A stretch of 64,000 nt of DNA from Candidatus Saccharimonadales bacterium (GTDB taxonomy: Bacteria > Patescibacteriota > Saccharimonadia > Saccharimonadales > EFPC-124), in contig JBOHNX010000002.1 in NCBI GenBank assembly GCA_050730875.1, forward strand, positions 156,805 through 220,804, given 5' to 3'. Position 1 is the first letter of the stretch; each line of letters begins with the position of its first letter. A model generated the notes under the pieces. It ran no database searches. It was not told where the DNA came from and worked only from the letters and a program-made list of their open reading frames with translations. The translations under genes and the position numbers were made by a program. Positions 1 through 9,406 of this stretch are shown here, piece by piece.

Positions 1-2
1 TG

Positions 3-800
3 CAAACCGATTTATATGAGTCAGCCGAACGCAATCAAAAAATCTTGAGCGCGGCGCAGGAACGGCACATTAATTATTCGTTTATCCCCGGCGAGGCCGA
101 ATTTTATTCGGGCAAAAACACCGTTGACGTGTTCTTGGGCTATCCTATTATTTCAGTTCACCAAACACCGCTGGTTGGCTGGGGAGTTATTGTAAAGCGA
201 ATCTTTGACCTTATCACCACCACGATGATTGTTATTCTTCTCTCGCCAATCTTACTCCTAATCGCCCTGCTGCAAAAAGTCTTCAACCAGGGCCCGATTT
301 TTTACGTCAGCACCCGCCTTTCGCGCTATTCAAAGCCTATTAAAGTCACTAAATTCCGCAGCATGGGCGCAAAATACGGTAAGAAAGATGCGGCCGAAGA
401 ATTCCGCGCCATGGGTCGCGAAGACTTGGCCGAAGAATACGAAAAAAACCGCAAGGTCAAAGATGACCCGCGTATTACCTGGTTCGGTAAATTCCTGCGT
501 ACTACTTCGCTCGATGAGCTGCCGCAGTTCTTTGACGTACTGAGAGGCGACCTCAGCCTGGTTGGACCACGCCCAATCCTGCCACAGGAACTTCACCTAT
601 ATAAAGGCAAGAACGCGCTGCTACATAGCGTAAAGTCTGGCGTAACCGGGCTGTGGCAGGTCTCCGGCCGTAGTGAGCTGCCGTTTGAAAAACGTGTAGA
701 GCTAGAACTCTACTACGCCCAAAACTGGACCTTCTGGCTCGACATTAAAATTCTGCTCAAAACCATCCCCGCTTTGTTTAAGCGAGGCAGCGCACTGTAA
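3..800 (+). CDS. Polyprenyl-phosphate glycosylphosphotransferase (bacterial sugar transferase, WbaP/EpsL-like); 5' end probably outside the window
   Basis: The frame is open from nt 3 with no upstream stop. A TM helix (IVILLSPILLLIALL) is followed by the sugar-transferase motif DELPQFFDVLRGDLSLVGPRP. The stop overlaps the next start (TAATG, 798-802). Confidence 0.85.
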   Translation, partial: QTDLYESAERNQKILSAAQERHINYSFIPGEAEFYSGKNTVDVFLGYPIISVHQTPLVGWGVIVKRIFDLITTTMIVILLSPILLLIALLQKVFNQGPIFYVSTRLSRYSKPIKVTKFRSMGAKYGKKDAAEEFRAMGREDLAEEYEKNRKVKDDPRITWFGKFLRTTSLDELPQFFDVLRGDLSLVGPRPILPQELHLYKGKNALLHSVKSGVTGLWQVSGRSELPFEKRVELELYYAQNWTFWLDIKILLKTIPALFKRGSAL

Positions 801-1906
801 TGAAGGTTGCCATCGTCCATGACTGGCTCACCAACATGGGCGGCGCCGAACCGGTCGTTTTAAAACTGCACGAAATCTTCCCGAACGCGCCAATTTACAC
901 ATCTGTCTATGACAAAGAGAAAATGACCGCTTTTGCTGGTTGCGATGTGCGCACCACCTACCTGCAACGTTGGCTACCTTCGTTTTTACGCTACAAGCAC
1001 GTGCTTTGGCCGGTGCTTCGGGCACACGCATTCCGCATGTTAGACCTGAGCGAATACGACCTTATAATTTCCAGCTCTAGCGCCGAAGCCAAGTCCGTTC
1101 GTAAACGTTCTGGCGCCATACATATTTGCTACTGCCACACGCCCATCCGTTACTACTGGAGTCATTACGATGATTTCCGCCGCGACTTCAATTTTGGTCC
1201 GCTCACCTTCGCAATCCGGCCATTCATTCCACTTTTTGTCCGCTGGATGCGCAAAAAAGATCTCGAATCGATCAAGGGCGTTGATCACTTCATTGCAAAC
1301 TCGCACGAAACCCAAGCGCGAATTAAAGAATATTATGGGCGCGAGAGTACGGTCATTTTCCCACCAGTAGATATTGAACGATTCATGAACAAGCCAGCAG
1401 ATGCAACCGAACGCGAAGGCTTTTTAATGTGGAGCCGCCATGTACCATACAAGCGTTTCGACCTCGCAATTGAAGCCTGCAATCGGCTCAAACTGCCGCT
1501 GACAATCGCTGGCACCGGCCCAGAAACAGAACGTCTCAAAAAACTAGCAGGCCCAACCATCACATTCGTAGGCCGCGTGTCAGACGAAGAAATCGTGCGC
1601 CTCGCCCATTCACACAAAGCCTTTTTGTTCCCCGGTGAGGAAGATTTCGGCATCACTCCCGTCGAAGCAATGGCTGCTGGCCTACCCGTAATTGCATATG
1701 GCAAAGGCGGCGCATTAGATTATGTAATTCCAAATAAAACCGGCATCTTATTTAAAGAGCAGACAGCGGATAGCTTAATCGCCGCTATAAAAGAATTCGA
1801 AACCAAAACCTTCGACCCTAAAACCATCCAAGCCTCCACCGAAAAATTCAGTCCAGAGCGCTTCGTAAAAGAAATTCAACAATTCGTAACTAATAAAGCC
1901 AAATAA
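800..1906 (+). CDS. Glycosyltransferase family 4 (GT-B, retaining)
   Basis: C-terminal GT1/GT4 signature EEDFGITPVEAMAAGLPVIAYGKGGALDYV. Translationally coupled to the upstream sugar transferase. Confidence 0.85.
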   Translation: MKVAIVHDWLTNMGGAEPVVLKLHEIFPNAPIYTSVYDKEKMTAFAGCDVRTTYLQRWLPSFLRYKHVLWPVLRAHAFRMLDLSEYDLIISSSSAEAKSVRKRSGAIHICYCHTPIRYYWSHYDDFRRDFNFGPLTFAIRPFIPLFVRWMRKKDLESIKGVDHFIANSHETQARIKEYYGRESTVIFPPVDIERFMNKPADATEREGFLMWSRHVPYKRFDLAIEACNRLKLPLTIAGTGPETERLKKLAGPTITFVGRVSDEEIVRLAHSHKAFLFPGEEDFGITPVEAMAAGLPVIAYGKGGALDYVIPNKTGILFKEQTADSLIAAIKEFETKTFDPKTIQASTEKFSPERFVKEIQQFVTNKAK

Positions 1907-1922
1907 AATCAAAATTGAGCTA

Positions 1923-1957
1923 GCCAGGGTGAATCGCTGGATGCGAAACACCCTGGC
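1923..1957. terminator. Hairpin between convergent genes (possible bidirectional terminator)
   Basis: A 9-bp perfect stem, GCCAGGGTG (1923-1931) / CACCCTGGC (1949-1957), lies between the stop at 1906 and the stop at 1984. The flanking T/A runs are weak. Confidence 0.35.
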
Positions 1958-1983
1958 TGCCTTTACTCGGTCATGCAGTCAAT

Positions 1984-3657
1984 TTACAGCTGCCATCTGG
2001 TGTTATCGAACACCAGGCCGGGAATTCCGACAAGCTGCGGACTTGCGAAGTGGTCACCATGCGAAGCGACCCACCAGATGTCCGGCGCCCCGTCTGAACG
2101 GCGCTGCGGTACCAGGAGGTCATCCCTCCCTGCACCGGTCAGATCCGCCGGGACGCCCGTACTGAAATCGTCATACCGCAGTTGGCTCGGCGCACTCCAG
2201 AACTGTGTGGCGCCCAAACCGGTGCCATTCGAAGGCAGAACAATCAGGTTCGGCGCCGTGTCGCTGCGACGACTGATGGCCAGAAGATCATCCTTGCCAT
2301 CACCCGTGTACTCGCCCACCAGCCACTTCGTGTTGTCGGCCACGAGGCTCGGTACACCGGCGGAGACCGGGGCTTCGAAGCCACTGCCAGTGGAACGGAG
2401 CCAGAAGATCTCCGGCGCCACACCACTGCTCTGCTTCTGAATCGCGAGCAAGTCGTCTTTGCCGTCACCGTCGATGTCGGCCGTGACGAAGAGCGTCTTG
2501 CTGAACTCGATGCCGCTGGGAGCGGCCCACAGTTCGGATCCACCGAGCCAGCTGCCCGTGGAGCGGAAGACGATCAGGTTCGCGGCGGGGTCGCCCCGCT
2601 TGCTGACCGCGAGCAGATCATCGTTCCCATCCCCGGTGAAATCACCTGAGGTCCACCTGGTATTGTTGTAGACGAGACCGGGTGTACCGACGTGGCGCGG
2701 CGATTCGAAGTTACTGCCGGTCGAACGGAGCCAGTATATGAGTGGTTCTGAATTGCCGTCACCTTGCTTCTGGATGGCCAGGAGGTCGTCCTTCGCATCG
2801 CCGTCAACGTCGGCAGGAGCACCGACGAAACCGTCGTAGGCGAGAGCACCAGGCGCACCCCACAGCTCCGAGCCACCCAACCAGCTTCCGGTCGAACGGA
2901 AGACGATCAGGTTCGGCGCGGTGTCGCTGCGCCGGCTGATGGCCAGAAGATCATCCTTGCCATCACCGTTGAAGTCAGCCCGCACGGGCACCGAAGTCAC
3001 ATTCGGCGACGAAGGCGGAGGTACGTCATACGAATCGTTGTAAACGAACTTGTCACTCCAGGAAGGAACCTTATCCCAACTCAGATAACCGAGGTTGCTC
3101 GGATACTGAATGAGCAAGCTCCCATGCCTAGCGTTCATCGATCCAGGATCAACCTTGGAGCCGTTCACCAGCTCGTCGTAATGAAGGTGCGCCACTGGCG
3201 AGCCGCCGCTGTTGCCGACGTAGCCGATGAGCTCACCTCGCGACACCGAGCCCGAGGTTCTGACAGCGTCAGAGAGGTGGAGGTAGCGCGAGTGACGGCC
3301 GTCGGGATGCTCGATCTCGACGAAGCGCCCTCTGCCTCCGCTGCATCCTGGTGAGTTGGTGGGATGACAAGTGTCGTTCGAATCGACGACCGTTCCCGGA
3401 CCTGCCGCGTAGACAGGAACACCGACGTCAGCGATGAAGTCGATCGCCGGCGACAATCCGCCGTGATACCCACTATCGCAGCCGTTGTTCCAGGTGCAGC
3501 CGACTTCGACCACACCACTGCCCACCTTGAACGGCAGCCAGTCGGCAGTCTCAGCGGCGTGCGCTGGTGCACTCACTCCCAGCAGTGCGAGACTGCTGAG
3601 GAGGGCAAGCACGGCCGCAGTGGCCATACGCTGTTTGACGCGTTGCACGTAGATCAC
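1984..3657 (-). CDS. Secreted M23 (LytM/lysostaphin-type) metallopeptidase fused to FG-GAP/VCBS-like beta-propeller repeats; compositionally foreign (high GC)
   Basis: Signal peptide ending ...GVSAPAHA. M23 motifs HGGLSPAIDF ... GYVGNSGGSPVAHLHYD. About six repeats of the form DFNGDGKDDLLAI / DVDGDAKDDLLAIQKQ. GTG start. Very GC-rich third codon positions; a 660-bp internal DNA duplication (e.g. GATGGCCAGAAGATCATCCTTGCCATCACC at 2277 and 2938). Confidence 0.9.
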   Translation of the reverse strand: MIYVQRVKQRMATAAVLALLSSLALLGVSAPAHAAETADWLPFKVGSGVVEVGCTWNNGCDSGYHGGLSPAIDFIADVGVPVYAAGPGTVVDSNDTCHPTNSPGCSGGRGRFVEIEHPDGRHSRYLHLSDAVRTSGSVSRGELIGYVGNSGGSPVAHLHYDELVNGSKVDPGSMNARHGSLLIQYPSNLGYLSWDKVPSWSDKFVYNDSYDVPPPSSPNVTSVPVRADFNGDGKDDLLAISRRSDTAPNLIVFRSTGSWLGGSELWGAPGALAYDGFVGAPADVDGDAKDDLLAIQKQGDGNSEPLIYWLRSTGSNFESPRHVGTPGLVYNNTRWTSGDFTGDGNDDLLAVSKRGDPAANLIVFRSTGSWLGGSELWAAPSGIEFSKTLFVTADIDGDGKDDLLAIQKQSSGVAPEIFWLRSTGSGFEAPVSAGVPSLVADNTKWLVGEYTGDGKDDLLAISRRSDTAPNLIVLPSNGTGLGATQFWSAPSQLRYDDFSTGVPADLTGAGRDDLLVPQRRSDGAPDIWWVASHGDHFASPQLVGIPGLVFDNTRWQL

Positions 3658-3775
3658 ACCCTTTCAAGGTGCATAAAGAAAGCGCCCGGGCTTATCCGGT
3701 CTCTGCGTTAGCCCTGTGCCAACGCAAACGCTTAGAAGGAGTCTACTTGAGTTTTGGTAAAAAAGTCAACAAATT

Positions 3776-5641
3776 TTAGAAGCCGCCGTAGCCGTAGCCA
3801 TAACCGTAAAACTCTAATGTCGGTTTATGGTAGTCGGTCACCTTGACCGGCTGACTTTTTGCAGCGTCTTGCCGTGGCAAAATGTAAAGTTCACTGCCTT
3901 TTTTGGCTACAAGTAGATAGTCGTCACCGTACCAACCATAAGGAGTATACTCGCTAAGGGTTGCGATCTCTTGCCCCTCTCCACCCTTAGCACTTCCTAC
4001 AAACAAAGTATTTTTACCGTCGCGAGGTTCGTACCAGAAGCTCAACTGACTCGACGGAGAAAGGAGGTGAGTCGGGTAAAACTTATTGAAGAAGGTATCG
4101 CGAGTAATCTCTTTAGCTTCAAAAATCTTTCCTTCCTCATACTCCCAGAATCCCTCTTTGCCGTCTATAAAAACATCAAAGATCACTTCTTGGGGTTCAT
4201 AGATTTTTGAAGCAACGATAGCGCTGTTTCTTGCAGAAAAACCCTTTAGCACACGACTTTCCGTCCCGCTTGGTCGTACGCTCATGATCACATCTTGTTT
4301 GCCATCTTCCTTGTGCGGTGAATAGTAGCTCGAACTCCAATTCTTGCTATATACAACTAGGTTCTCGAGGATATAGACATCACCATATACCTCATTCGTG
4401 TAATCATACTCACCTGATCCTTCGCCATTCGTTTCGTCCAGAATCGAAAGCTTAGCCGTACTAGCATTAAAGCTCTTAATGGCGTTTTGTTTTGGTTGCC
4501 AGCTCTTCATATCGTTGCGAGCAGTCTTAAAGATAAAGCGTTCGTTGTACCAACCAATTGGAGTAAATTCGGCATTACCTTCATCAATAATCGACAATTT
4601 ATCATTTGAAGTATCTAGAAGATATAGTTTTGGTTTGGTACTATCGCGTTTCGCCTTGAGCGCGAGGTACTTCCAATCGCGTGAGGCGAGCAGCACTGTT
4701 CCACCATCTTCTTCTTTACCTGTACCAGCAACTACAACCTGAGCATCACTACCATCGAGGTTCGACTTCATGACGTTGATTTTGCCCGTACGTTTGCTAA
4801 GGAAGTAAAGCTTGCCGCTCGGGGTGAGTGAGAAGGCGTTTTTATCTGTTGTCTGTTCGGTAACTTCAATGTCTACAGTAAGATCATTGTATCCCTGCAG
4901 TTTTACCGTGCCTTTTTCGGATATTTTGTCGGCTGGCAGTACAAGCAGCGCTTCACCCTTTTCGTCGGTAGTAACTGCAGTGTCGAGCGCACTGACTATG
5001 GCTTTTTCGATTGGTTTGCCACTGATTTTATTAAGGACTTTCACTGGAACTTGGTGGCCGGTTGCTTCAATCTTCAATTCGGTAGCTTTTGGCGCAGAAA
5101 AGATTGGCAGCAGCACGGTTTGCGATGCATCTTTGTAGTATTTCTTCTTCACTACCGCTTTTTGTTCGCCGACTGCCACACTCTTAAATTCGACTTTGCC
5201 CTGTTGGTCTGTTTTGCTGGTTCGGTTTGCCAGCGTAACTTCTACTTCGCTGACCGGCTTGTTGGTTTTGCTATCGATAACCGAGAGTACGACATCTTTC
5301 TTTACAACCGTGCCCGCAATAGCATACCGAGTGTACGGAATTGCCGAAAGCACAGCAATTACCAAAAGTAGCGCAATAACCGCAGCGACGATTTTGCCCT
5401 TTTTGGTTTTTAAGAAGGCCATCAAACGATGTTTGGGGTGAAGTGGCACAGCGGCAACGGGCGGAACTTCTGTTTGCTCGAGGGCTTTCGGTTCCTCGGA
5501 TGTGTCGGGATCATCAGATTGCTCTTGATCCTGCTTTTCCACAGGAACTTGGTACGTTTCAGCTTCGTGGTGCTGGATTGTTTCTTTTGCCGTTACGTCG
5601 CCTGGCTGCTGATCTTCAGCAGCTTTTTCTTTGTTTGCCAT
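3776..5641 (-). CDS. Membrane-anchored surface protein with carboxypeptidase-regulatory-like Ig domains and a TolB/DPP-IV-like beta-propeller region
   Basis: I trimmed the start to the ATG at 5641, which is preceded by AAGGAG; the longer ORF would overlap manC. Acidic N-terminus, one TM (IVAAVIALLLVIAVLSAI), then beta-rich repeats (KLYFLSKRTGKINVMKSNLDGSD...). Unusual C-terminal tail YGYGYGYGGF. Confidence 0.6.
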   Translation of the reverse strand: MANKEKAAEDQQPGDVTAKETIQHHEAETYQVPVEKQDQEQSDDPDTSEEPKALEQTEVPPVAAVPLHPKHRLMAFLKTKKGKIVAAVIALLLVIAVLSAIPYTRYAIAGTVVKKDVVLSVIDSKTNKPVSEVEVTLANRTSKTDQQGKVEFKSVAVGEQKAVVKKKYYKDASQTVLLPIFSAPKATELKIEATGHQVPVKVLNKISGKPIEKAIVSALDTAVTTDEKGEALLVLPADKISEKGTVKLQGYNDLTVDIEVTEQTTDKNAFSLTPSGKLYFLSKRTGKINVMKSNLDGSDAQVVVAGTGKEEDGGTVLLASRDWKYLALKAKRDSTKPKLYLLDTSNDKLSIIDEGNAEFTPIGWYNERFIFKTARNDMKSWQPKQNAIKSFNASTAKLSILDETNGEGSGEYDYTNEVYGDVYILENLVVYSKNWSSSYYSPHKEDGKQDVIMSVRPSGTESRVLKGFSARNSAIVASKIYEPQEVIFDVFIDGKEGFWEYEEGKIFEAKEITRDTFFNKFYPTHLLSPSSQLSFWYEPRDGKNTLFVGSAKGGEGQEIATLSEYTPYGWYGDDYLLVAKKGSELYILPRQDAAKSQPVKVTDYHKPTLEFYGYGYGYGGF

Positions 5642-5699
5642 TCGTGTGCACTCCTTTGCTTTAGCATAAGGAGTTCGAGAGTGTTGTGCAATATTTTTA

Positions 5700-6737
5700 T
5701 TAGTTTTTTGCCTGGATTTTTTTCGCAATGTCACCGACTTTTTGCGAAAGGTCTTTGCGGGCAACAAGCAGGCCGTGTGGAGTGTTTACGACAACAATAT
5801 TATCGAGGCCAATGACAGCGATGGGCTTACCCTCTTCGTTACGAATATACGAGTTTTCAATACCTTCGAGTTCGACACCTTCGCCACGGATGTGGTTACC
5901 AACTTCATCGGATTCGTTAGCATTGTGCAGATCCGCAAAAGATCCTACATCCATCCAGTCGAAAGAGGCAGGCACTACCAAAAGGTCATTTACTTTTTCA
6001 ATCAAGGCGTAGTCGATTGTATTGTTCTCAAGGTCTAAATAGGTATCGGCGTAATTATTGGCATCTGTTTTGAGCAGTTTTTCGTAATTCTCTTTTAGTT
6101 CTGGGCTGTGCGCCCCCATAGCCTTTATGAACGTACTGACGGAGCCAACAAAATAGCCGCAATTCCACAGGTAGTGGCCGCTTTGCACATACTCCTGCGC
6201 AACGTCAAACGCTGGTTTCTCTTTGAATGCCAACACGTTATAGACTAGCGCATCGTCGTCAACCGCGCCGTCCTTTTGGATGTAGCCAAAACCTGTTGCG
6301 GGGTACGTTGGCTCTACGCCAACAAGCGCAATCCTGCCTTGCTCGGCCGAAATTTCACCGGCAATTTTAAAGGAATGTTCAAAGCCATCGATGTCTCTAA
6401 TGTGGTGGTCGGCCGATAGGAAAGCAATTGGCTCACCTTTGTCGTGGCGCGATTGAATGTGGTGCAAAGCAGCAATGATACAGCTCGCCGTGCCACGACG
6501 GCCTGGCTCTACAATAAACGCATCTTCGCTCAGCTCGGATAATTGCTCACGAACGTGCGACGAATGACTCGATTCGGTAATGACATAGATGCTTTTTGAT
6601 AAACGCTTTGCTCGCTCGTATGTTGCCTGAAGGAGTGAATCCTCACCTGTGAGTTTTAAAAGGTGTTTTGGGTATTGATTGGTTGAGAGCGGCCACAAAC
6701 GTGTGCCCGAACCGCCGGCTATAATAACTGTGATCAT
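5700..6737 (-). CDS. manC: Mannose-1-phosphate guanylyltransferase (GDP-mannose pyrophosphorylase)
   Basis: N-terminal nucleotidyltransferase motif IIAGGSGTRLWPLS. I prefer the ATG at 6737 to the TTG at 6776. Sits with gmd and an rmd-like gene in the same locus. Confidence 0.85.
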   Translation of the reverse strand: MITVIIAGGSGTRLWPLSTNQYPKHLLKLTGEDSLLQATYERAKRLSKSIYVITESSHSSHVREQLSELSEDAFIVEPGRRGTASCIIAALHHIQSRHDKGEPIAFLSADHHIRDIDGFEHSFKIAGEISAEQGRIALVGVEPTYPATGFGYIQKDGAVDDDALVYNVLAFKEKPAFDVAQEYVQSGHYLWNCGYFVGSVSTFIKAMGAHSPELKENYEKLLKTDANNYADTYLDLENNTIDYALIEKVNDLLVVPASFDWMDVGSFADLHNANESDEVGNHIRGEGVELEGIENSYIRNEEGKPIAVIGLDNIVVVNTPHGLLVARKDLSQKVGDIAKKIQAKN

Positions 6738-6847
6738 ACAATCAAGTGTACCAGAATCTTTTGCAGACCAGCTCAATGATATAGCCTGATTTTTTAAGCA
6801 TAAACAGATTGACCAAAGGAAGATTTTTTGTTATAGTTAGTTTAAAT

Positions 6848-7411
6848 ATGGCACTGTCCCTTGGCATGAAAATTAAGAATAAAAAAACAAACCGTAAAAA
6901 AATATTCGCCCTGCTCGTCGTAGGCGTTGCATTAATAAGCCTGGGAGTCTATGGCTGGCTTCAGATCCCTAAGAACAGCTCCACGCAAGTCTCTCCCCGC
7001 CCCGTAAACGATGTTAACTACAGCCCAGCAACTGAAGAGGATAAGGCTGCAGTCGATCAACGCAAAGAAGATCTAGCCAAGGGTCAAGAACAAAAACCCG
7101 CAACAAATCCAGCAATTTCTCTTACCGTCACACGAGCATCACAATCTGACGCAGGTCAGCCACTCAACATTCGCACTGTAATTAGTGGGGCGAGCAGCGG
7201 TACCTGCGAGGTCAATCTCACAAAGTCAGGTCAGCCAACCATTACAAAATCGTTTTCTGTACTATTTGAGGCAACCTCGGCTATGTGCGCGGATGCCAAT
7301 ATTCCTACAAGCGACTTTTCGACTGGAGGGGAATGGCAACTGAAAATACAGGTTAAAAAGGATGCTCGGCAGTCCAATATAGTTGAACAATCGGTGAAAA
7401 TAACGAAATGA
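6848..7411 (+). CDS. Hypothetical membrane-anchored protein (start uncertain: 6809 TTG, 6848 ATG or 6866 ATG)
   Basis: Basic N-terminus plus TM (IFALLVVGVALISLGVYGW) and a beta-rich ectodomain. ATGA overlap with the downstream lectin gene at 7408-7411. Confidence 0.55.
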   Translation: MALSLGMKIKNKKTNRKKIFALLVVGVALISLGVYGWLQIPKNSSTQVSPRPVNDVNYSPATEEDKAAVDQRKEDLAKGQEQKPATNPAISLTVTRASQSDAGQPLNIRTVISGASSGTCEVNLTKSGQPTITKSFSVLFEATSAMCADANIPTSDFSTGGEWQLKIQVKKDARQSNIVEQSVKITK

Positions 7412-9375
7412 CGACTACACGCACTATCGGTTTTACTATTTTTCTCGCCATTATACTGAGCGCTTCGACTATCTTTCCTGCTGCGCCTACTCAGGCCTTA
7501 TCAGGATCAGAGTTTAACCCTGGTCGCATAATCGACAATGGCGTCTTCGAAAACAAGAACGCAATGAACGTCGATCAGATTCAGCGATTCCTTAGCGCCA
7601 AGGTTCCAACTTGCGATAGCTGGGGCACGCAACCATATGCTGGTACCACCCGCCGCGAGTACTCCGAGGCGCGTGGCATCAAGTTCCCACTTACCTGTTT
7701 AAAGGACTATCACGAAAACCCAACAACTCACGAAAATAATCTAGAGGGTCGGTCTATCCCTGCCGGCGCAAAAAGTGCAGCTCAGATTATTTACGACGCA
7801 GCCCAACAATATACGATTAACCCACAAGTGCTCATAGTTTTACTTCAAAAAGAGCAGGCTCTTGTAACGGATGATTGGCCATGGCCAATCCAATACCGCA
7901 GCGCAACCGGGTATGGCTGCCCAGATACAGCGCCGTGCGATTCTGAATACTACGGGTTTTATAACCAAGTCATGAATGCTGCGCGCCAGTTCAGGCGCTA
8001 TGCGACCTACCCCAACAACTACAACCATGTGCCGAACCAGAACAACTTTATCCGATGGAGCCCAAATAGTACGTGTGGCGGCAGCACCGTTTATATACAC
8101 AATCAAGCAACCGCCTCTCTCTACAACTACACCCCTTACCAGCCAAACCAAGCAGCCCTGAACAACCTCTACGGCACGGGTGATAACTGTAGTGCTTACG
8201 GCAATCGCAATTTTTGGCGATATTTCAGAGACTGGTTTGGTGCAACTATAGGACCTGCGTACGCATGGCAATATGACAGCCAATCAGCCTATACTGACAG
8301 TACTCGCACTAGGCACTACTCGTACGAAACCATCTCACTCGCTCCCGGTGAGAAAGCCTATATCGTCCTGAGAGCCAAAAACACTGGGGGCTTAATGTGG
8401 CATAAGGGTACCGTCAAGCTGGCGACTGCGAGGGCAAGTGATCGATCTAGCGCATTTGCCGATGGTAGCTGGACGACACCTTCTAGGATTAACCTCCAGG
8501 AAGATGAGGTATACCCGTCATCAGTAGGAACATTCGTTTTTTCAATCACAGCTCCAACGCAAACAGGCAGCTACCGCGAGTACTTCAACCTTGTAGCCGA
8601 AGGGATCACTTGGATGAACGACTTGGGAATGCATCTCAATATCGACGTAACGCCGAAACGTTCCGGAAATAGCGCCTCTCTGACAAAGCTTGATTCAGGC
8701 CAGTCTCTAGAAACAGGCCAATCATTGTACTCCCCTGATGACTACACGATAGTTGCTATGCAAGGAGACGGTAACCTTGTTATCTACCGGGACTTCAGGG
8801 CGGTCTGGTCGAGCGGAACGAATGTTACTGGCGGCAAAAGACTAACTATGCAAAACGATGGCAACCTGGTCATAACTAATGCATCTGGCGGCACAGTATG
8901 GTCCAGCGGAACGACCGGGAATCCTGGCGCGTACTTTATGGCGCAGGCAGATAGTAACACAGTCGTTTATACATCGTCGTCCAACCCAGTCTGGTCAAGT
9001 GGGACTGACACGAACCCCGATGGTTTGTCGCGCGTAAACCCTACTCTGCCAATAGGAGCGCTCCGCGTGAACCAGTCCCTCACCACAGCAGACTTGTACT
9101 ACAAATTTATACTGCAAGGAGATGGCAACCTAGTACTGTACGCAAACAATCGAGCAATCTGGTCATCGGGCACACACGGGAAGCCTTCATCAGGCCTGGT
9201 TATGCAAGCAGATGGCAACTTGGTTATATACACCCCCGATGGCAAACCACTTTGGTCCAGTGGAACTGACGGTAAGGGTGGCGCCAGGCTTACTGTCCAG
9301 GGGGACGGTAACCTCGTAATGTATACTCCAAATAATCAGCCGGTGTGGTCGAGCAATACGGCGGGAGTACGCTAG
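7408..9375 (+). CDS. Secreted multidomain protein: N-terminal putative cell-wall-hydrolase-like domain, an Ig-like domain, and two C-terminal bulb-type (MMBL/B-lectin) mannose-binding lectin domains
   Basis: Signal peptide ...PAAPTQALS. Six QxDxNxVxY-type motifs: QGDGNLVIY, QNDGNLVIT, QADSNTVVY, QGDGNLVLY, QADGNLVIY, QGDGNLVMY, each followed by (V/I/L)WSS(G/N)T. N-terminal block INPQVLIVLLQKEQALV. Confidence 0.8.
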   Translation: MTTTRTIGFTIFLAIILSASTIFPAAPTQALSGSEFNPGRIIDNGVFENKNAMNVDQIQRFLSAKVPTCDSWGTQPYAGTTRREYSEARGIKFPLTCLKDYHENPTTHENNLEGRSIPAGAKSAAQIIYDAAQQYTINPQVLIVLLQKEQALVTDDWPWPIQYRSATGYGCPDTAPCDSEYYGFYNQVMNAARQFRRYATYPNNYNHVPNQNNFIRWSPNSTCGGSTVYIHNQATASLYNYTPYQPNQAALNNLYGTGDNCSAYGNRNFWRYFRDWFGATIGPAYAWQYDSQSAYTDSTRTRHYSYETISLAPGEKAYIVLRAKNTGGLMWHKGTVKLATARASDRSSAFADGSWTTPSRINLQEDEVYPSSVGTFVFSITAPTQTGSYREYFNLVAEGITWMNDLGMHLNIDVTPKRSGNSASLTKLDSGQSLETGQSLYSPDDYTIVAMQGDGNLVIYRDFRAVWSSGTNVTGGKRLTMQNDGNLVITNASGGTVWSSGTTGNPGAYFMAQADSNTVVYTSSSNPVWSSGTDTNPDGLSRVNPTLPIGALRVNQSLTTADLYYKFILQGDGNLVLYANNRAIWSSGTHGKPSSGLVMQADGNLVIYTPDGKPLWSSGTDGKGGARLTVQGDGNLVMYTPNNQPVWSSNTAGVR

Positions 9376-9406
9376 TAGCTCAGGCCTTGTGCTAGAATAT
9401 CCATAA

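Noticed and set aside
1929-3711. About a dozen overlapping ORFs of 65-196 aa on both strands (e.g. 1973-2440+, 2182-2649+, 2764-3354+, 3165-3572-, 3364-3711+)
   Set aside because: All lie within or antisense to the 557-aa M23/FG-GAP gene. High-GC DNA lacks stop codons in every frame. Their translations are Arg/Pro/Ala-rich and low in complexity, with no motifs.
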